DNA of 64,000 nt from assembly GCA_977020255.1 (NCBI GenBank), contig CDROCS010003840.1, forward strand, positions 248,001 to 312,000. The letters run 5' to 3'. Shown here in pieces: positions 18,984 through 30,593 of the stretch. The notes under the pieces are model-generated. The model saw only the letters and a program-made list of their open reading frames with translations, had not been told where the DNA came from and ran no database searches. The position numbers were made by a program, and so were the translations under genes. The DNA comes from Obrimoposthia wandeli (taxonomy: Eukaryota). The first letter of the stretch is position 1. Every line of letters begins with the position of its first letter.

Positions 18984-19173
18984 TTGCCTTAATTGATAGG
19001 CGGATTATAAACTATGACTTGGGTATAAACCATGAATTGATAGCACTGAATGAGCAGTGTATGGAAAGTGAAAAAGAACAGGAAAAGAGGGACTAAAAGC
19101 AGTGAAAATGACGGTATCACTGCTTAATATGATATTTATCGGATATATCTTATTATTACTTCTTGGCGTTAAG

Positions 19174-19320
19174 TTATTCAGATGTACCAGTGATACTGAA
19201 TGTTAAAAATTCAGGGCTGATAGAACCTGAAGAAAGGGTTAGTGCTGCCAAAATAAGTATAAGAATGTATTTTCCACCAATGATACAAAGTCCGATGGTG
19301 TTGATTGCTGTGCCTAACAT
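19174..19320 (-). CDS. Putative 48-aa hydrophobic small protein (not in ORF track)
   Basis: MLGTAINTIGLCIIGGKYILILILAALTLSSGSISPEFLTFSITGTSE; GAGG RBS upstream; sits in the 770-bp ubiG-gyrA gap. Confidence 0.4.
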   Translation of the reverse strand: MLGTAINTIGLCIIGGKYILILILAALTLSSGSISPEFLTFSITGTSE

Positions 19321-19751
19321 AACGACCTCACTTTTAAGTCAATTACAGTTATTGCTTAATATGCATGTTGTTTTACTTAGTACAGAAGTGATACTACTCG
19401 GTACTTGTTTATGAAAATTGATAGCGATCACTTTTCTATTCAGTGTGGAGTCAGCTTGGCGATGAATATGTATTAAAAGCGGGGTGGGTTGTTTTTTTAC
19501 AATTGCTTACAGTTTAATTGAAAAGTGATAGTAAAAACGATTAGGGAGTATCGGGTTTGGTTGATAATTAATCACTCGAAAGAAAATACATTCAGATGTT
19601 AGTCGCATTGTTTCTGATTTTTTCTAAATACGCTAAATTACTCACAACATACGTCGTGAAATGTGTGCCTATTAAGTGCGAATTATGCTATATTCTCGTA
19701 CCTTGCACGTATTAAAAATACGACAGAAATTACCTGAGGGATATTGGCTCA

Positions 19752-22430
19752 ATGAGCGATCTTGCAAAAGAGATCACGCCCGTTAACATTGAAGATGAGC
19801 TGAAAAGCTCGTATCTCGACTACGCGATGTCAGTTATCGTGGGTCGTGCTCTTCCGGATGTGCGTGATGGCCTAAAGCCAGTGCACCGTCGCGTATTATT
19901 CGCGATGAATGTGCTAGGCAATGACTGGAATAAAGCTTACAAAAAATCTGCCCGTGTGGTTGGTGACGTAATCGGTAAATATCACCCACATGGTGATAGT
20001 GCTGTATACGATACTATCGTACGTATGGCGCAACCATTCTCGCTACGCTATATGCTTGTTGACGGCCAAGGTAACTTTGGTTCTGTCGATGGTGATTCAG
20101 CGGCGGCAATGCGTTACACCGAAATCCGTATGTCAAAAATCGCCCACGAATTGTTGGCTGATCTTGACAAGGAAACCGTTGATTATGTACCTAACTACGA
20201 TGGTACAGAATTCATTCCTGCGGTTATGCCAACTAAGGTTCCAAACCTTTTAGTTAATGGTTCTTCGGGTATCGCGGTAGGTATGGCAACAAACATACCG
20301 CCCCATAACCTAGGCGAAGTGATCAATGGTTGTTTAGCATTTATCGATAATGAAGATATCACTGTCGAACAGCTAATGGATTACATCCCTGGACCAGACT
20401 TCCCAACAGCAGCCTTGATCAACGGCCGTAAAGGTATCGTTGATGCTTATCATACTGGTCGCGGCAAAGTTTACATGCGTGCCAAAGCGAATATTGAAGT
20501 TGAGAAAAATGGTCGAGAAACCATTATTGTCACTGAGATTCCATATCAGGTTAACAAAGCACGCTTAATCGAAAAGATTGCAGAGCTAGTTAAAGATAAG
20601 AAAGTTGAAGGCATTAGCGCATTACGTGATGAATCTGATAAAGATGGCATGCGTATTGTTGTTGAATGTAAGCGTGATGCGGTAGGTGAAGTTATTCTGA
20701 ATAACCTTTACTCGCAAACTCAGCTGCAAACAACATTTGGTATTAACATGGTTGCACTTGACCATGGCCAGCCGAAGTTGTTCGGCCTTAAAGAAATGTT
20801 GAAGTGCTTCGTTAATCACCGCCGTGAAGTGGTGACGCGTCGTACTATCTACGAATTGCGTAAAGCACGTGAACGTGCACACCTTCTTGAAGGTCTTGCA
20901 ATTGCTTTGGTTAATATCGATGCAATTATTGAATTAATTCGAAATGCACCAACGCCACAAGTTGCACGTGAAGGGCTACTTGCTCGTCCGTGGCAGCTAG
21001 GTGATGTTGCAGCAATGCTTGAACGTGCTGGTGTTGACGCTGCACGACCTGAGTGGTTAGAGCCACAATTCGGTATTCACGGTGGTCAGTACTTCTTAAC
21101 TGAACCACAAGCACAAGCAATCCTTGAGCTACGTTTACACCGTTTAACAGGTCTTGAGCACGAGAAGATCCTTGAAGAATACAAAGGCCTTCTTGATGTT
21201 ATCGAAGAATTACTTCTTATTTTAGGCAATCCTGAGCGCCTAATGGAAGTGATTCGTGATGAGCTTCATGCTGTTAAAGAACAGTTTAACGATGAACGTC
21301 GTACTGAAATTACAGCAGCAAGCCATGATATCGATCTTGAAGATTTGATTACGCAAGAAGATGTTGTCGTGACTTTGTCTCACGAAGGTTACGTTAAGTA
21401 CCAGGTTTTGAGCGATTACGAAGCTCAGCGTCGTGGTGGTAAAGGTAAAATAGCAACACGCATGAAAGATGAAGATTTCATCGAGCGTCTGCTAGTGGCT
21501 AATACACACGATACGATTTTGTGCTTCTCAAGCCGCGGTCGTATGTACTGGCTGAAAGTTTACCAGTTACCATTAGCGAGCCGTACTGCTCGTGGTAAGC
21601 CAATCGTGAATATTCTTCCACTGGAAGAAGGTGAGCGTATTACTGCAATTCTGCCTGTACGTGAGTACGAAGCAGACAAGTATGTATTCATGGCTACCGC
21701 TGATGGTACTGTGAAGAAGACACCATTGACTGATTTCAGCCGCCCTCGTAGCGCTGGTATCATTGCTGTGAATCTGCGTGAAGGCGATTCATTGATTGGT
21801 GTTGATATTACTAACAGCACCGATGACATCATGCTGTTCTCTAAATTCGGTAAAGTTGTTCGTTTCTACGAAAGCGCCGATGAGAATGGTAAAGGTGGTG
21901 TTCGCGGAATGGGTCGAACTGCTGCGGGTGTCCGTGGTATGAAGCTTGCTGCAGGTGATAAAGTTGTATCACTGATTGTTCCACACAACGAAGGTGATGT
22001 ACTAACTGTAACTGAAAACGGTTACGGTAAGCGTACAGCACTTACAGAATACCCAGCGAAGAGCCGTGCAACACAAGGTGTTGTGTCAATTAAGGTTTCT
22101 GATCGTAATGGTAGCGTTGTTGGTGCAGTTCAAGCTGAAGACGGCGATGAGTTCATGATGATCACCAACGGCGGTACGTTAGTACGTACACGTGTTGCTG
22201 AAGTAAGTCGTGTCGGTCGTAACACTCAAGGTGTTACATTGATCCGTACTGCTGAGAAAGAACTTGTTGTTGGCCTACAGCGTATTGATGAACTTGAAGT
22301 TGTTGAGCTGGAAGAAGACGCTATCGTAGATGGTGAAATTGCAGTTGACGGCGAACAAGTTGTTGATACCGATGCAGCACAGCAGCCAGAAGCAGATTCA
22401 GAGCAAGGCGAATCAACTGACGAAGAGTAA
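19752..22430 (+). CDS. gyrA: DNA gyrase subunit A
   Basis: [20 protein letters not shown], GyrA box QRRGGKG and acidic tail. Confidence 0.99.
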   Translation: MSDLAKEITPVNIEDELKSSYLDYAMSVIVGRALPDVRDGLKPVHRRVLFAMNVLGNDWNKAYKKSARVVGDVIGKYHPHGDSAVYDTIVRMAQPFSLRYMLVDGQGNFGSVDGDSAAAMRYTEIRMSKIAHELLADLDKETVDYVPNYDGTEFIPAVMPTKVPNLLVNGSSGIAVGMATNIPPHNLGEVINGCLAFIDNEDITVEQLMDYIPGPDFPTAALINGRKGIVDAYHTGRGKVYMRAKANIEVEKNGRETIIVTEIPYQVNKARLIEKIAELVKDKKVEGISALRDESDKDGMRIVVECKRDAVGEVILNNLYSQTQLQTTFGINMVALDHGQPKLFGLKEMLKCFVNHRREVVTRRTIYELRKARERAHLLEGLAIALVNIDAIIELIRNAPTPQVAREGLLARPWQLGDVAAMLERAGVDAARPEWLEPQFGIHGGQYFLTEPQAQAILELRLHRLTGLEHEKILEEYKGLLDVIEELLLILGNPERLMEVIRDELHAVKEQFNDERRTEITAASHDIDLEDLITQEDVVVTLSHEGYVKYQVLSDYEAQRRGGKGKIATRMKDEDFIERLLVANTHDTILCFSSRGRMYWLKVYQLPLASRTARGKPIVNILPLEEGERITAILPVREYEADKYVFMATADGTVKKTPLTDFSRPRSAGIIAVNLREGDSLIGVDITNSTDDIMLFSKFGKVVRFYESADENGKGGVRGMGRTAAGVRGMKLAAGDKVVSLIVPHNEGDVLTVTENGYGKRTALTEYPAKSRATQGVVSIKVSDRNGSVVGAVQAEDGDEFMMITNGGTLVRTRVAEVSRVGRNTQGVTLIRTAEKELVVGLQRIDELEVVELEEDAIVDGEIAVDGEQVVDTDAAQQPEADSEQGESTDEE

Positions 22431-22453
22431 TCTTGTTAGTTTGATACGTTAAT

Positions 22454-22483
22454 AAAAACGCAGCCTAAGGGTTGCGTTTTTTT
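22454..22483 (+). terminator. gyrA terminator
   Basis: AAAAACGCAGCC-TAA-GGGTTGCGTTTTTTT. Confidence 0.8.
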
Positions 22484-22600
22484 ATGCCTGAAAAACGTCA
22501 ATTACTGGCTGATATGACCAAATATTACTGAGTTATCTTTTTTTCTATAAATAGTTACGCTCAGGGCTTTTCAGAATTGAAATAAAGGTGTAAAAAATGA

Positions 22601-22866
22601 TATACCCAAACCACTTCAAGATGCAGGGTTCAGCGAGAATTCAGTGACTTTTAGGCAAGGCAGCCATATGAGCGAATAGTTATTCTATTTGGAGTGTGGC
22701 TAACGCAGTATAAAATCCACTGAAACTCGCCCTTTGGGAGCTCCTCTGGAAACTCACTTCCGCGCAAAATGTGCTTGAAAGGGGATGCCATTCCTACACA
22801 CATTTCGCTTGAATTGAATTCCCAGAGGAAGCTCTGAATCATGCATCTTGAAGTGGTTTGGCTATA
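22601..22866. mobile_element. ERIC-like MITE, 266 bp
   Basis: 33-bp terminal inverted repeats (30/33 match) beginning TATACCCAAACCACTTCAAGATGCA; TA at both ends; further inner inverted repeats. Confidence 0.8.
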
Positions 22867-22958
22867 AGTTGATCCTTGTTACAACGTCTTTTTAGCGTTT
22901 TTAGTGGCAGGTATAAAGTAAGTATTCCCAATTGCACAGCAGGAGCACGTTTTTCATC

Positions 22959-24041
22959 ATGGAAAAAGTCTATAACTTTTGCGCTGGCCCAGCGATGATC
23001 CCAGCGGAAGTTTTAAAAAAGGTTCAGGAAGAGCTCGTTAACTGGAATGGTTTAGGTACGTCTGTTATGGAAATTAGCCATCGCAGTAAAGAGTTTCTAG
23101 CGGTTGCAAAACAGTCTGAAAAAGACCTACGTGAGCTTTTAGCTATTCCTTCCAATTACCATGTACTTTTTTGTCATGGCGGGGCGCGTGGGCAATTCGC
23201 AGCCGTTCCTATGAACCTATTGGGTGATGCTAATACTGCTGATTATATGGACGGTGGCTATTGGGCGCACAGTGCTATTGCTGAAGCCAAGAAGTATTGT
23301 TCGCCTAATGCGGTTGATATTACGTGTGAACGCGAGGGTAAAAAAGCCATTCTACCTGCCCGTGAGTGGTCTCTTTCTGATGATGCTGCATTTGTGCACT
23401 TTTGCCCGAATGAAACTATCGATGGAATCGAAATTCGTGATTTGCCTGAAACGGATAAGCCGATTGTTGCCGATTTATCATCAACGATTCTTTCTCGTCC
23501 TATCGATGTGTCAAAGTATGGTGTTATTTATGCTGGTGCACAGAAAAATATTGGCCCAGCAGGCTTAACCATTGTTATTGTTCGTGATGATCTTCTTGGT
23601 AAAGCCAAGCAAGAAATTCCGAGTATTTTTGATTACACCGTCTTAGTCGATAAAGAGTCGATGTTTAATACGCCTCCTACATTTGCATGGTATTTAGCGG
23701 GTGAAGTATTTAAGTGGTTGAAAGAACTCGGTGGTTTGGAAGCCATGAAGCAACGTAACGATGCTAAAGCTGAATTATTATACAACTTTATTGATACCTC
23801 AGATTTTTATAAGAACGATGTTCACGTTGATAACCGTTCTTTCATGAATGCACCTTTTCAACTTAAGAAACCTGAATTAGACAGCAAGTTTTTAGAACAA
23901 GCTGATGCTGCTGGCTTGAAGGCGCTAAAAGGACACCGTGTTGTTGGCGGTATGCGAGCGTCAATTTATAACGCAATGCCGATTGAAGGTGTGCAAGCAC
24001 TCGTCGATTTCATGCGCCAGTTTGAGCAAGATAATACGTAA
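22959..24041 (+). CDS. serC: Phosphoserine aminotransferase
   Basis: [25 protein letters not shown] and [15 protein letters not shown] motifs. Confidence 0.98.
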   Translation: MEKVYNFCAGPAMIPAEVLKKVQEELVNWNGLGTSVMEISHRSKEFLAVAKQSEKDLRELLAIPSNYHVLFCHGGARGQFAAVPMNLLGDANTADYMDGGYWAHSAIAEAKKYCSPNAVDITCEREGKKAILPAREWSLSDDAAFVHFCPNETIDGIEIRDLPETDKPIVADLSSTILSRPIDVSKYGVIYAGAQKNIGPAGLTIVIVRDDLLGKAKQEIPSIFDYTVLVDKESMFNTPPTFAWYLAGEVFKWLKELGGLEAMKQRNDAKAELLYNFIDTSDFYKNDVHVDNRSFMNAPFQLKKPELDSKFLEQADAAGLKALKGHRVVGGMRASIYNAMPIEGVQALVDFMRQFEQDNT

Positions 24042-24079
24042 TCGTTGTTGGTGATATCACAAACAACGTTAACAAAAAT

Positions 24080-24102
24080 AACCGTCGTAAGACGGTTTTT
24101 TT
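24080..24102 (+). terminator. serC terminator
   Basis: AACCGTC-GTAA-GACGGTT followed by a T tract. Confidence 0.75.
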
Positions 24103-24200
24103 GAATCTGGAATCTAATACCAATCCACATGAGCTTTCAGAATAATAATAGGTTGCGTGTAGATTGATAGAGGTAATTAACCACAATAAATAAGGTGTTA

Positions 24201-24731
24201 TTATTGCGAGGCAGTGCGTTGCGGATAAATCAGTTTGCTGGTGTCAAAGCCTGCTTGTTGCGCACGCTGTGTGTAATCCGCCAATGTGGCATCAGGTATT
24301 GTAGGTTGACGCGATAATATCCAGAAATACTCATCATTGTAGCTACTTATAAGCGCTGACGAGTAATCCGGTTCTAAATGAAACACGATATAACTGCCAT
24401 AGAATGGACCAAAGAATGAGACTTTAAGATGCGCTGTGTCGCTCTCGCCTACAAATTTAGCTTTGCCTTCTGCTTCTTTCCAGTTATTGGTTTCGGCATT
24501 AAAGCCGCGATTAATGACTTTGACTGAACCGTCTTCATTCATGGTGTATGTTGCGGTAACCTCGGTTAAGCCTTCCTCAAAACTGTGGTCTAAGCGGGCT
24601 ATTTCATACCACGTCCCTAAATAGCGGTCGAGGTTAAATGGACTCACAGGGGTAACGTTATCAGGCATGCCAGTGCATCCGGTTAATGTGATGAAGCCTA
24701 ACAGAGCGCAAAGTGTACGAAAATAATGCAT
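24201..24731 (-). CDS. blc: Outer-membrane lipoprotein lipocalin
   Basis: Lipobox LTGC; YLGTWYEIAR, LKVSFFGPF and WILSR motifs. Confidence 0.93.
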   Translation of the reverse strand: MHYFRTLCALLGFITLTGCTGMPDNVTPVSPFNLDRYLGTWYEIARLDHSFEEGLTEVTATYTMNEDGSVKVINRGFNAETNNWKEAEGKAKFVGESDTAHLKVSFFGPFYGSYIVFHLEPDYSSALISSYNDEYFWILSRQPTIPDATLADYTQRAQQAGFDTSKLIYPQRTASQ

Positions 24732-24986
24732 GATCTATCCTTCTTGTGATTCTGATTCTTCCATAAAGTTGATGCTTGTTGTGAATGCTGTACTGCTAAC
24801 ACTGGAACTATATATCCAATGCATACGTTCACAGATACGTTCTACGATCACTAATCCACTATATCTTGCATCAAATGTTTCATTGCCATCATGGCGGTTG
24901 ATAATGGTGAGAGTGTTGCCTACTAAATTTACCTAATATTACCAATGTTGTAGCTGACCGTCGGTTATTAGGCCAAATGAATAGCA

Positions 24987-25415
24987 TTAATCATTTATGC
25001 AAAAAGTATTGTTCAAATAACACTGAATAGATTGTTCGCTTGCATCAAATTGAGGGTTAGGAACGTCTTTAGGGTTAACCCACAACCAACCGTCACATTT
25101 ATCCGGTTCTTTCAGTTCTGCGTTGCCAGTGAAATCAGTCACAAGTAGTGCAACGCTTATGTAGTGTTTACCTGATTCATGAAACGTCGCGAGGTTATTC
25201 GTTATAGCGATGACCTCAGGGTTACGAATAATAATCCCTGTTTCTTCTTCCATTTCACGTGTTGCACACTGAGTGAATGTTTCACCAATCTCCATATGCC
25301 CACCAGGAATAGAATAGTAAGGGGCGTGGCTATTTTTACGTTTACCAATCAGAATTTCACCCTTGTCATTAACAACAATAATACCAATGCCGACTTTAGG
25401 TGTTTCAGAACTCAC
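24987..25415 (-). CDS. Nudix hydrolase (MutT/NUDT15-like), likely GTG start at 25415
   Basis: Nudix box GGHMEIGETFTQCATREMEEETG. Confidence 0.9.
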   Translation of the reverse strand: MSSETPKVGIGIIVVNDKGEILIGKRKNSHAPYYSIPGGHMEIGETFTQCATREMEEETGIIIRNPEVIAITNNLATFHESGKHYISVALLVTDFTGNAELKEPDKCDGWLWVNPKDVPNPQFDASEQSIQCYLNNTFCIND

Positions 25416-25769
25416 ACTTGATTCCTTATTTAATAGTAATACCAATCTAGACAAGTATCTGATCATTCTTGTTGGTTTAAATTGCTTATAACTACGTTAG
25501 AAATTTTATAATTAGAATAACTGGTTACTTCAATTTCTGCCTTGTTATTATCAATTTTTCCTGCGCAATTATCTGACCATTTACTTATCCAGAATGGTAT
25601 GATTTCGCGTGTAAACAAGCGTTACGAATAGCGAAAAGACGAAGTTTAGAGTACCTGCTGGTTAGACCAAAAGCTATATAAAGAAGGAATCGGTAAATGG
25701 TACTAGCGAACTGATGCATTATTCGCTAATCTGCAGAAACGCCCAAAATACAGGATTGAAGAATAACAA

Positions 25770-27056
25770 ATGGAAAGTTTAACGTTACAGCCGATAAGTC
25801 AGATCAATGGGGAAGTGAATCTACCGGGTTCGAAGAGTGTTTCTAACCGTGCACTATTATTGGCAGCGTTAGCACAGGGTACGACTCGTCTTACTAACCT
25901 TTTAGACAGTGATGATATTCGCCATATGCTGAATGCACTAAAACAGCTAGGGGTAAATTATCAATTATCAGCCGATAAAACTGTTTGTGAAGTTGAAGGT
26001 CTTGGTTCTGCATTCAATACGTCACACGCTTTAGAGTTATACCTCGGTAATGCAGGCACAGCAATGCGCCCATTAGCTGCGGCACTTTGCCTTAGTCAGG
26101 GTGAGTTTGTATTAACGGGTGAACCTCGAATGAAAGAACGCCCGATAGGGCACCTTGTTGATGCACTTCGTACTGCGGGCGCAGATATTACCTATTTAGA
26201 AAATGAAAACTATCCGCCATTAAAAATTACAGGCACAGGCCTTCAAGGTGGAGAGGTCGAAATTGATGGGTCAATTTCAAGCCAGTTTTTAACAGCCTTT
26301 TTGATGGCAGCTCCTCTAGCGACTGCTGATACAGTTATTCGGATTAAAGGCGATTTAGTCTCTAAGCCTTATATTGATATAACGTTACACATCATGGCGC
26401 AATTTGGTGTTACGGTCGAAAATCGTAATTACCAAGAGTTCTTTATCCCTGCAGGGCAGACATATCAAGGTGCTGGTGACTTCTTAGTGGAAGGCGATGC
26501 GTCTTCCGCTTCTTACTTTTTAGCTGCCGCTGCGATTAAAGGCGGTGAAGTTAAAGTGACAGGCATCGGTAAAAAGAGCATTCAAGGCGATGTTCAATTT
26601 GCCCATGCACTTGAAATGATGGGTGCTGAAATCGAATGGGGTGATAATTACGTTATTGCTCGTCGTGGTGAATTAAAAGCCGTTGATATGGATTTCAACC
26701 ATATTCCTGATGCCGCGATGACTATTGCTGTTGCTGCATTATTTGCTGAAGGCACAACGTCTATCCGTAATGTGTATAACTGGCGCGTGAAAGAAACTGA
26801 TCGCTTAGCGGCAATGGCGACAGAGTTACGCAAAGTTGGTGCAGAGGTTGAAGAAGGTCATGACTATATTACCATTGTACCGCCAACACAGTTACAGCAT
26901 GCAACGATCGATACCTATGACGATCACCGTATGGCGATGTGTTTTTCATTAGTCGCGTTGAGCGATACCCCCGTCACGATTAATGATCCTAAATGTACAT
27001 CTAAAACCTTTCCTGATTATTTTGATAAATTGGCAGGGCTAAGCCAGCCAGCTTAA
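25770..27056 (+). CDS. aroA: EPSP synthase
   Basis: [26 protein letters not shown] and DHRMAM motifs. Confidence 0.98.
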   Translation: MESLTLQPISQINGEVNLPGSKSVSNRALLLAALAQGTTRLTNLLDSDDIRHMLNALKQLGVNYQLSADKTVCEVEGLGSAFNTSHALELYLGNAGTAMRPLAAALCLSQGEFVLTGEPRMKERPIGHLVDALRTAGADITYLENENYPPLKITGTGLQGGEVEIDGSISSQFLTAFLMAAPLATADTVIRIKGDLVSKPYIDITLHIMAQFGVTVENRNYQEFFIPAGQTYQGAGDFLVEGDASSASYFLAAAAIKGGEVKVTGIGKKSIQGDVQFAHALEMMGAEIEWGDNYVIARRGELKAVDMDFNHIPDAAMTIAVAALFAEGTTSIRNVYNWRVKETDRLAAMATELRKVGAEVEEGHDYITIVPPTQLQHATIDTYDDHRMAMCFSLVALSDTPVTINDPKCTSKTFPDYFDKLAGLSQPA

Positions 27057-27080
27057 CGTCTTTTAAATCCGATTGGTGTA

Positions 27081-27134
27081 AAACCCACACAACGTTTATT
27101 TGTTCCAGTCAAAAATAAACGTTGACGTGGGTTT
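27081..27134. terminator. Long hairpin between aroA and cmk
   Basis: AAACCCAC..CAACGTTTATTT and AAATAAACGTTG..GTGGGTTT form an inverted repeat. Confidence 0.55.
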
Positions 27135-27329
27135 GTTGTATATGCACTAAGATTACATCGAAACTAGGCTGCTTGAAATTTCACCGCTAATAAAAACGCA
27201 CACGTTTATCTGGATTCTTTTCTCAATACGCATATAACTTTTCGATTTAATTACGTATAATGCGTCCCCGTTTAGTCAGCAGTTTTGCTGTTTAACAAAA
27301 AGATTGCTGAAATAATTTCGGAGAAACTT

Positions 27330-28016
27330 ATGTCTACTTATGCTCCAGTTATCACTGTCGATGGACCAAGCGGTGCCGGTAAAGGTACTCTATGTATGCT
27401 GTTGGCAGAAAAGCTGGGCTGGCATTTACTCGACTCTGGCGCCATTTATCGAGTACTAGCTCTTGCTGCAATTCATCATAGTGTTGACCTAGAATCTGAA
27501 GACGTCTTAGTACCATTAGCTGCACATTTGGATGTGCAATTTAAAGCCGAAGGTGACCTTGTTAAGGTTATTTTGGAAGGTGAAGACGTTTCTAGCGAAT
27601 TGCGCAAAGAAGAAACGGGCATGGCAGCATCAAAAGTGGCTGCATTACCTCGTGTACGAGAAGCATTGCTCCGTCGTCAACGTGCTTTCTGTAATGCTCC
27701 TGGTCTTGTTGCCGATGGTCGTGACATGGGTACCGTTGTTTTCCCTAACGCTATCGTAAAAATATTCCTAGATGCAAGTGCTGAAGAACGTGCAAATCGC
27801 CGTATGAATCAGTTGCAACAAAAAGGCTTAGATGTTAACTTTGGCAGCCTTTTAAGCGAAATTCAGGAACGTGATGACCGAGATCGTAATCGATCTGTGT
27901 CGCCGTTGCGTCCCGCAGAAGATGCTTTGGTGCTAGACTCTACTGATATGTCAATAGAGCAAGTTACAGCCCAAGCATTCGCTTATATAGAACAAGCTTT
28001 AAAACAAAAATCCTAG
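27330..28016 (+). CDS. cmk: Cytidylate kinase
   Basis: [10 protein letters not shown] and VADGRDMGT motifs. Confidence 0.98.
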   Translation: MSTYAPVITVDGPSGAGKGTLCMLLAEKLGWHLLDSGAIYRVLALAAIHHSVDLESEDVLVPLAAHLDVQFKAEGDLVKVILEGEDVSSELRKEETGMAASKVAALPRVREALLRRQRAFCNAPGLVADGRDMGTVVFPNAIVKIFLDASAEERANRRMNQLQQKGLDVNFGSLLSEIQERDDRDRNRSVSPLRPAEDALVLDSTDMSIEQVTAQAFAYIEQALKQKS

Positions 28017-28128
28017 TCTGCCGAATAATCGGTTAGGCGCTGTCGGTATCATGGATGACAACTGACTTTTTTATCAACCCCATGAGGTAGGATACCCATG
28101 GTTGTTTATCATATTGAAGATTAATTAA

Positions 28129-29799
28129 ATGACTGAATCTTTTGCTTTACTCTTTGAAGAGTCTCTAAACGAAATCGAAACACGCCCAGGCGCTATCGTT
28201 AAAGGTACTGTTATCGCTATCGAGAACGGTTACGTTCTTGTTGATGCAGGCCTTAAGTCAGAATCTTCTATCCCAGTTGAAGAATTCAAGAACGCTGCTG
28301 GCGAACTTGAAGTTGAAGTTGGTGCAGAAGTTGACGTAGCACTTGATGCTATCGAAGATGGTTTCGGTGAGACTAAACTTTCTCGTGAAAAAGCTAAGCG
28401 TCATGAAGCTTGGATCCAGCTTGAAAAAGCTTACGAAGAAGCTGAAACAGTTGTTGGTATCATCAACGGTAAAGTTAAGGGCGGCTTCACAGTTGAACTT
28501 AACGGTATCCGTGCGTTCCTACCTGGTTCACTAGTAGACGTTCGTCCAGTTCGTGACACTGCTCACCTTGAAAACAAAGAGCTAGAGTTCAAAGTAATCA
28601 AGCTTGATCAGAAGCGTAACAACGTTGTTGTTTCTCGCCGCGCAGTTATCGAATCTGAAAACAGCGTTGAGCGTGACGAGCTACTTGCTTCTCTACAAGA
28701 AGGTATGGAAGTTAAAGGTATCGTTAAGAACCTTACTGACTACGGCGCATTCGTTGATCTTGGCGGTGTTGATGGTCTTCTTCACATTACTGATATGGCT
28801 TGGAAGCGCGTTAAGCACCCAAGCGAAATCGTTAATGTTGGCGATGAAATCAACGTTAAAGTTCTTAAGTTCGACCGTGAGCGTACTCGCGTATCACTAG
28901 GTCTTAAGCAACTTGGCGAAGATCCATGGGTAGCAATCGCTAAGCGTTACCCAGAAAGCACTAAGCTTTCTGGCCGTGTTACTAACCTTACTGACTACGG
29001 TTGCTTCGTTGAAATCGAAGAAGGCGTTGAAGGTCTTGTACACGTTTCTGAAATGGATTGGACTAACAAAAACATCCACCCATCGAAAGTTGTTAACGTT
29101 GGCGACGAAGTTGAAGTTATGGTTCTTGATATCGACGAAGAACGTCGTCGTATCAGCCTAGGTCTTAAGCAGTGTAAAGCTAACCCATGGCAGTCATTTG
29201 CAGAAATGCAAGCTAAGGGCGATCGCGTAACTGGTAAGATCAAGTCTATTACTGACTTCGGTATCTTCATCGGTCTTGACGGCGGTATCGACGGTCTTGT
29301 TCACCTATCTGACATTTCTTGGAATGTTACAGGTGAAGATGCAGTTCGTGACTTCAAGAAAGGCGACGAAATTTCTGCAGTAGTTCTAGCAGTAGACGCA
29401 GAGCGTGAGCGTATCTCTCTTGGCGTTAAGCAGATCGAAGAAGACCCATTCAACAGCTACGTAGCTGATAATAAGAAAGGTGTTCTTGTAAACGGTACTG
29501 TTACTGCAGTTGACGCTAAAGGCGCAACAGTAGAACTAGCTGTAGGCGTTGAAGGTTACCTTCGCGCTTCTGAAGCATCTGTAGATCGTGTTGAAGACGC
29601 AACTCTAGTACTTTCTGTTGGCGATTCTGTTGAAGCTAAATTCACAGGCGTTGACCGTAAGAACCGCGTAGTTAACCTATCTGTTCGTGCTAAAGATGTT
29701 GCTGATGAGCAAGAAGCAATGGCTACTCTGAACAAGCAAGAAGAAGCTTCGTTCGGTAACGCTATGGCTGACGCTTTCAAAGCTGCTAAAGGCGAATAA
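28129..29799 (+). CDS. rpsA: 30S ribosomal protein S1
   Basis: Six S1 repeats; strong codon bias; SD-less GAAGATTAATTAA leader. Confidence 0.99.
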   Translation: MTESFALLFEESLNEIETRPGAIVKGTVIAIENGYVLVDAGLKSESSIPVEEFKNAAGELEVEVGAEVDVALDAIEDGFGETKLSREKAKRHEAWIQLEKAYEEAETVVGIINGKVKGGFTVELNGIRAFLPGSLVDVRPVRDTAHLENKELEFKVIKLDQKRNNVVVSRRAVIESENSVERDELLASLQEGMEVKGIVKNLTDYGAFVDLGGVDGLLHITDMAWKRVKHPSEIVNVGDEINVKVLKFDRERTRVSLGLKQLGEDPWVAIAKRYPESTKLSGRVTNLTDYGCFVEIEEGVEGLVHVSEMDWTNKNIHPSKVVNVGDEVEVMVLDIDEERRRISLGLKQCKANPWQSFAEMQAKGDRVTGKIKSITDFGIFIGLDGGIDGLVHLSDISWNVTGEDAVRDFKKGDEISAVVLAVDAERERISLGVKQIEEDPFNSYVADNKKGVLVNGTVTAVDAKGATVELAVGVEGYLRASEASVDRVEDATLVLSVGDSVEAKFTGVDRKNRVVNLSVRAKDVADEQEAMATLNKQEEASFGNAMADAFKAAKGE

Positions 29800-29881
29800 T
29801 TGAGCTTAGAGAGAAAAGGCTTTTAGCATTTTCTCTCTAAACGGTTATACTATTGAGAAACATACTAAAAACGGAGTGTTT

Positions 29882-30172
29882 ATGACAAAGTCTGAATTAA
29901 TTGAAAGGCTATGTAGTCAACAAACACATCTTTCTGCCAAACAGGTAGAAGATGCAATCAAGGAAATCCTTGAGCACATGGCGGGTACCCTTGCAGAAGG
30001 CGACCGTATTGAGATCCGTGGCTTTGGTAGCTTCTCTTTACATTACCGTGCTCCGCGCGTAGGCCGTAATCCTAAAACGGGTGATAAAGTTGAGCTGGAC
30101 GGTAAATACGTTCCTCACTTCAAGCCTGGTAAAGAATTACGTGACCGTGTTAATGCTGCAATTGCTGCTTAA
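29882..30172 (+). CDS. ihfB: Integration host factor beta
   Basis: MTKSELIE and IEIRGFGSF...GRNPKTG motifs. Confidence 0.98.
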   Translation: MTKSELIERLCSQQTHLSAKQVEDAIKEILEHMAGTLAEGDRIEIRGFGSFSLHYRAPRVGRNPKTGDKVELDGKYVPHFKPGKELRDRVNAAIAA

Positions 30173-30185
30173 CCGCGAATAGAAC

Positions 30186-30221
30186 AAAAAAACGGCATAC
30201 TACTTAGTATGCCGTTTTTTT
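30186..30221 (+). terminator. ihfB terminator
   Basis: AAAAAAACGGCATAC-TACTTA-GTATGCCGTTTTTTT. Confidence 0.85.
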
Positions 30222-30302
30222 ATGTCTATTGATCATGGTCTGATGAGTAAATTTACTGCATAATCGAGACATCAAACTTTTGAACAAACCTGAGGATTTA
30301 CG

Positions 30303-30587
30303 ATGAAGATAATAAGCATTCTTATTTTAGTGGTTTGCTTTCTGATCACCCTTGCACTGGGTGCTCAAAACCAAGAACTTGTTAATTTTAATTATCTTGC
30401 TGCTCAAGGTGAATTCCAGTTATCGACTTTACTGGGAATTGCATTCGGTTCAGGCTTTGGGCTTGGTTGGCTGATTTGCGGTATGCTATACCTAAAAGCA
30501 CGCTTTTCTAAAAACCGTCTAACAAAGAAAGTTGTTAAGCAACAAAAAGAGTTAGATCAGCTTCGTGCCGAGCCTATTAAGGAATAA
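30303..30587 (+). CDS. lapA: LPS assembly protein A
   Basis: Two TM segments, NQELVNFNYL motif; position upstream of lapB. Confidence 0.9.
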   Translation: MKIISILILVVCFLITLALGAQNQELVNFNYLAAQGEFQLSTLLGIAFGSGFGLGWLICGMLYLKARFSKNRLTKKVVKQQKELDQLRAEPIKE

Positions 30588-30593
30588 CGTTTA

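Noticed and set aside
19990-20020. Quinolone-resistance substitution in GyrA
   Set aside because: Reads GDSAVYDT, so the Ser83 and Asp87 equivalents are wild type.
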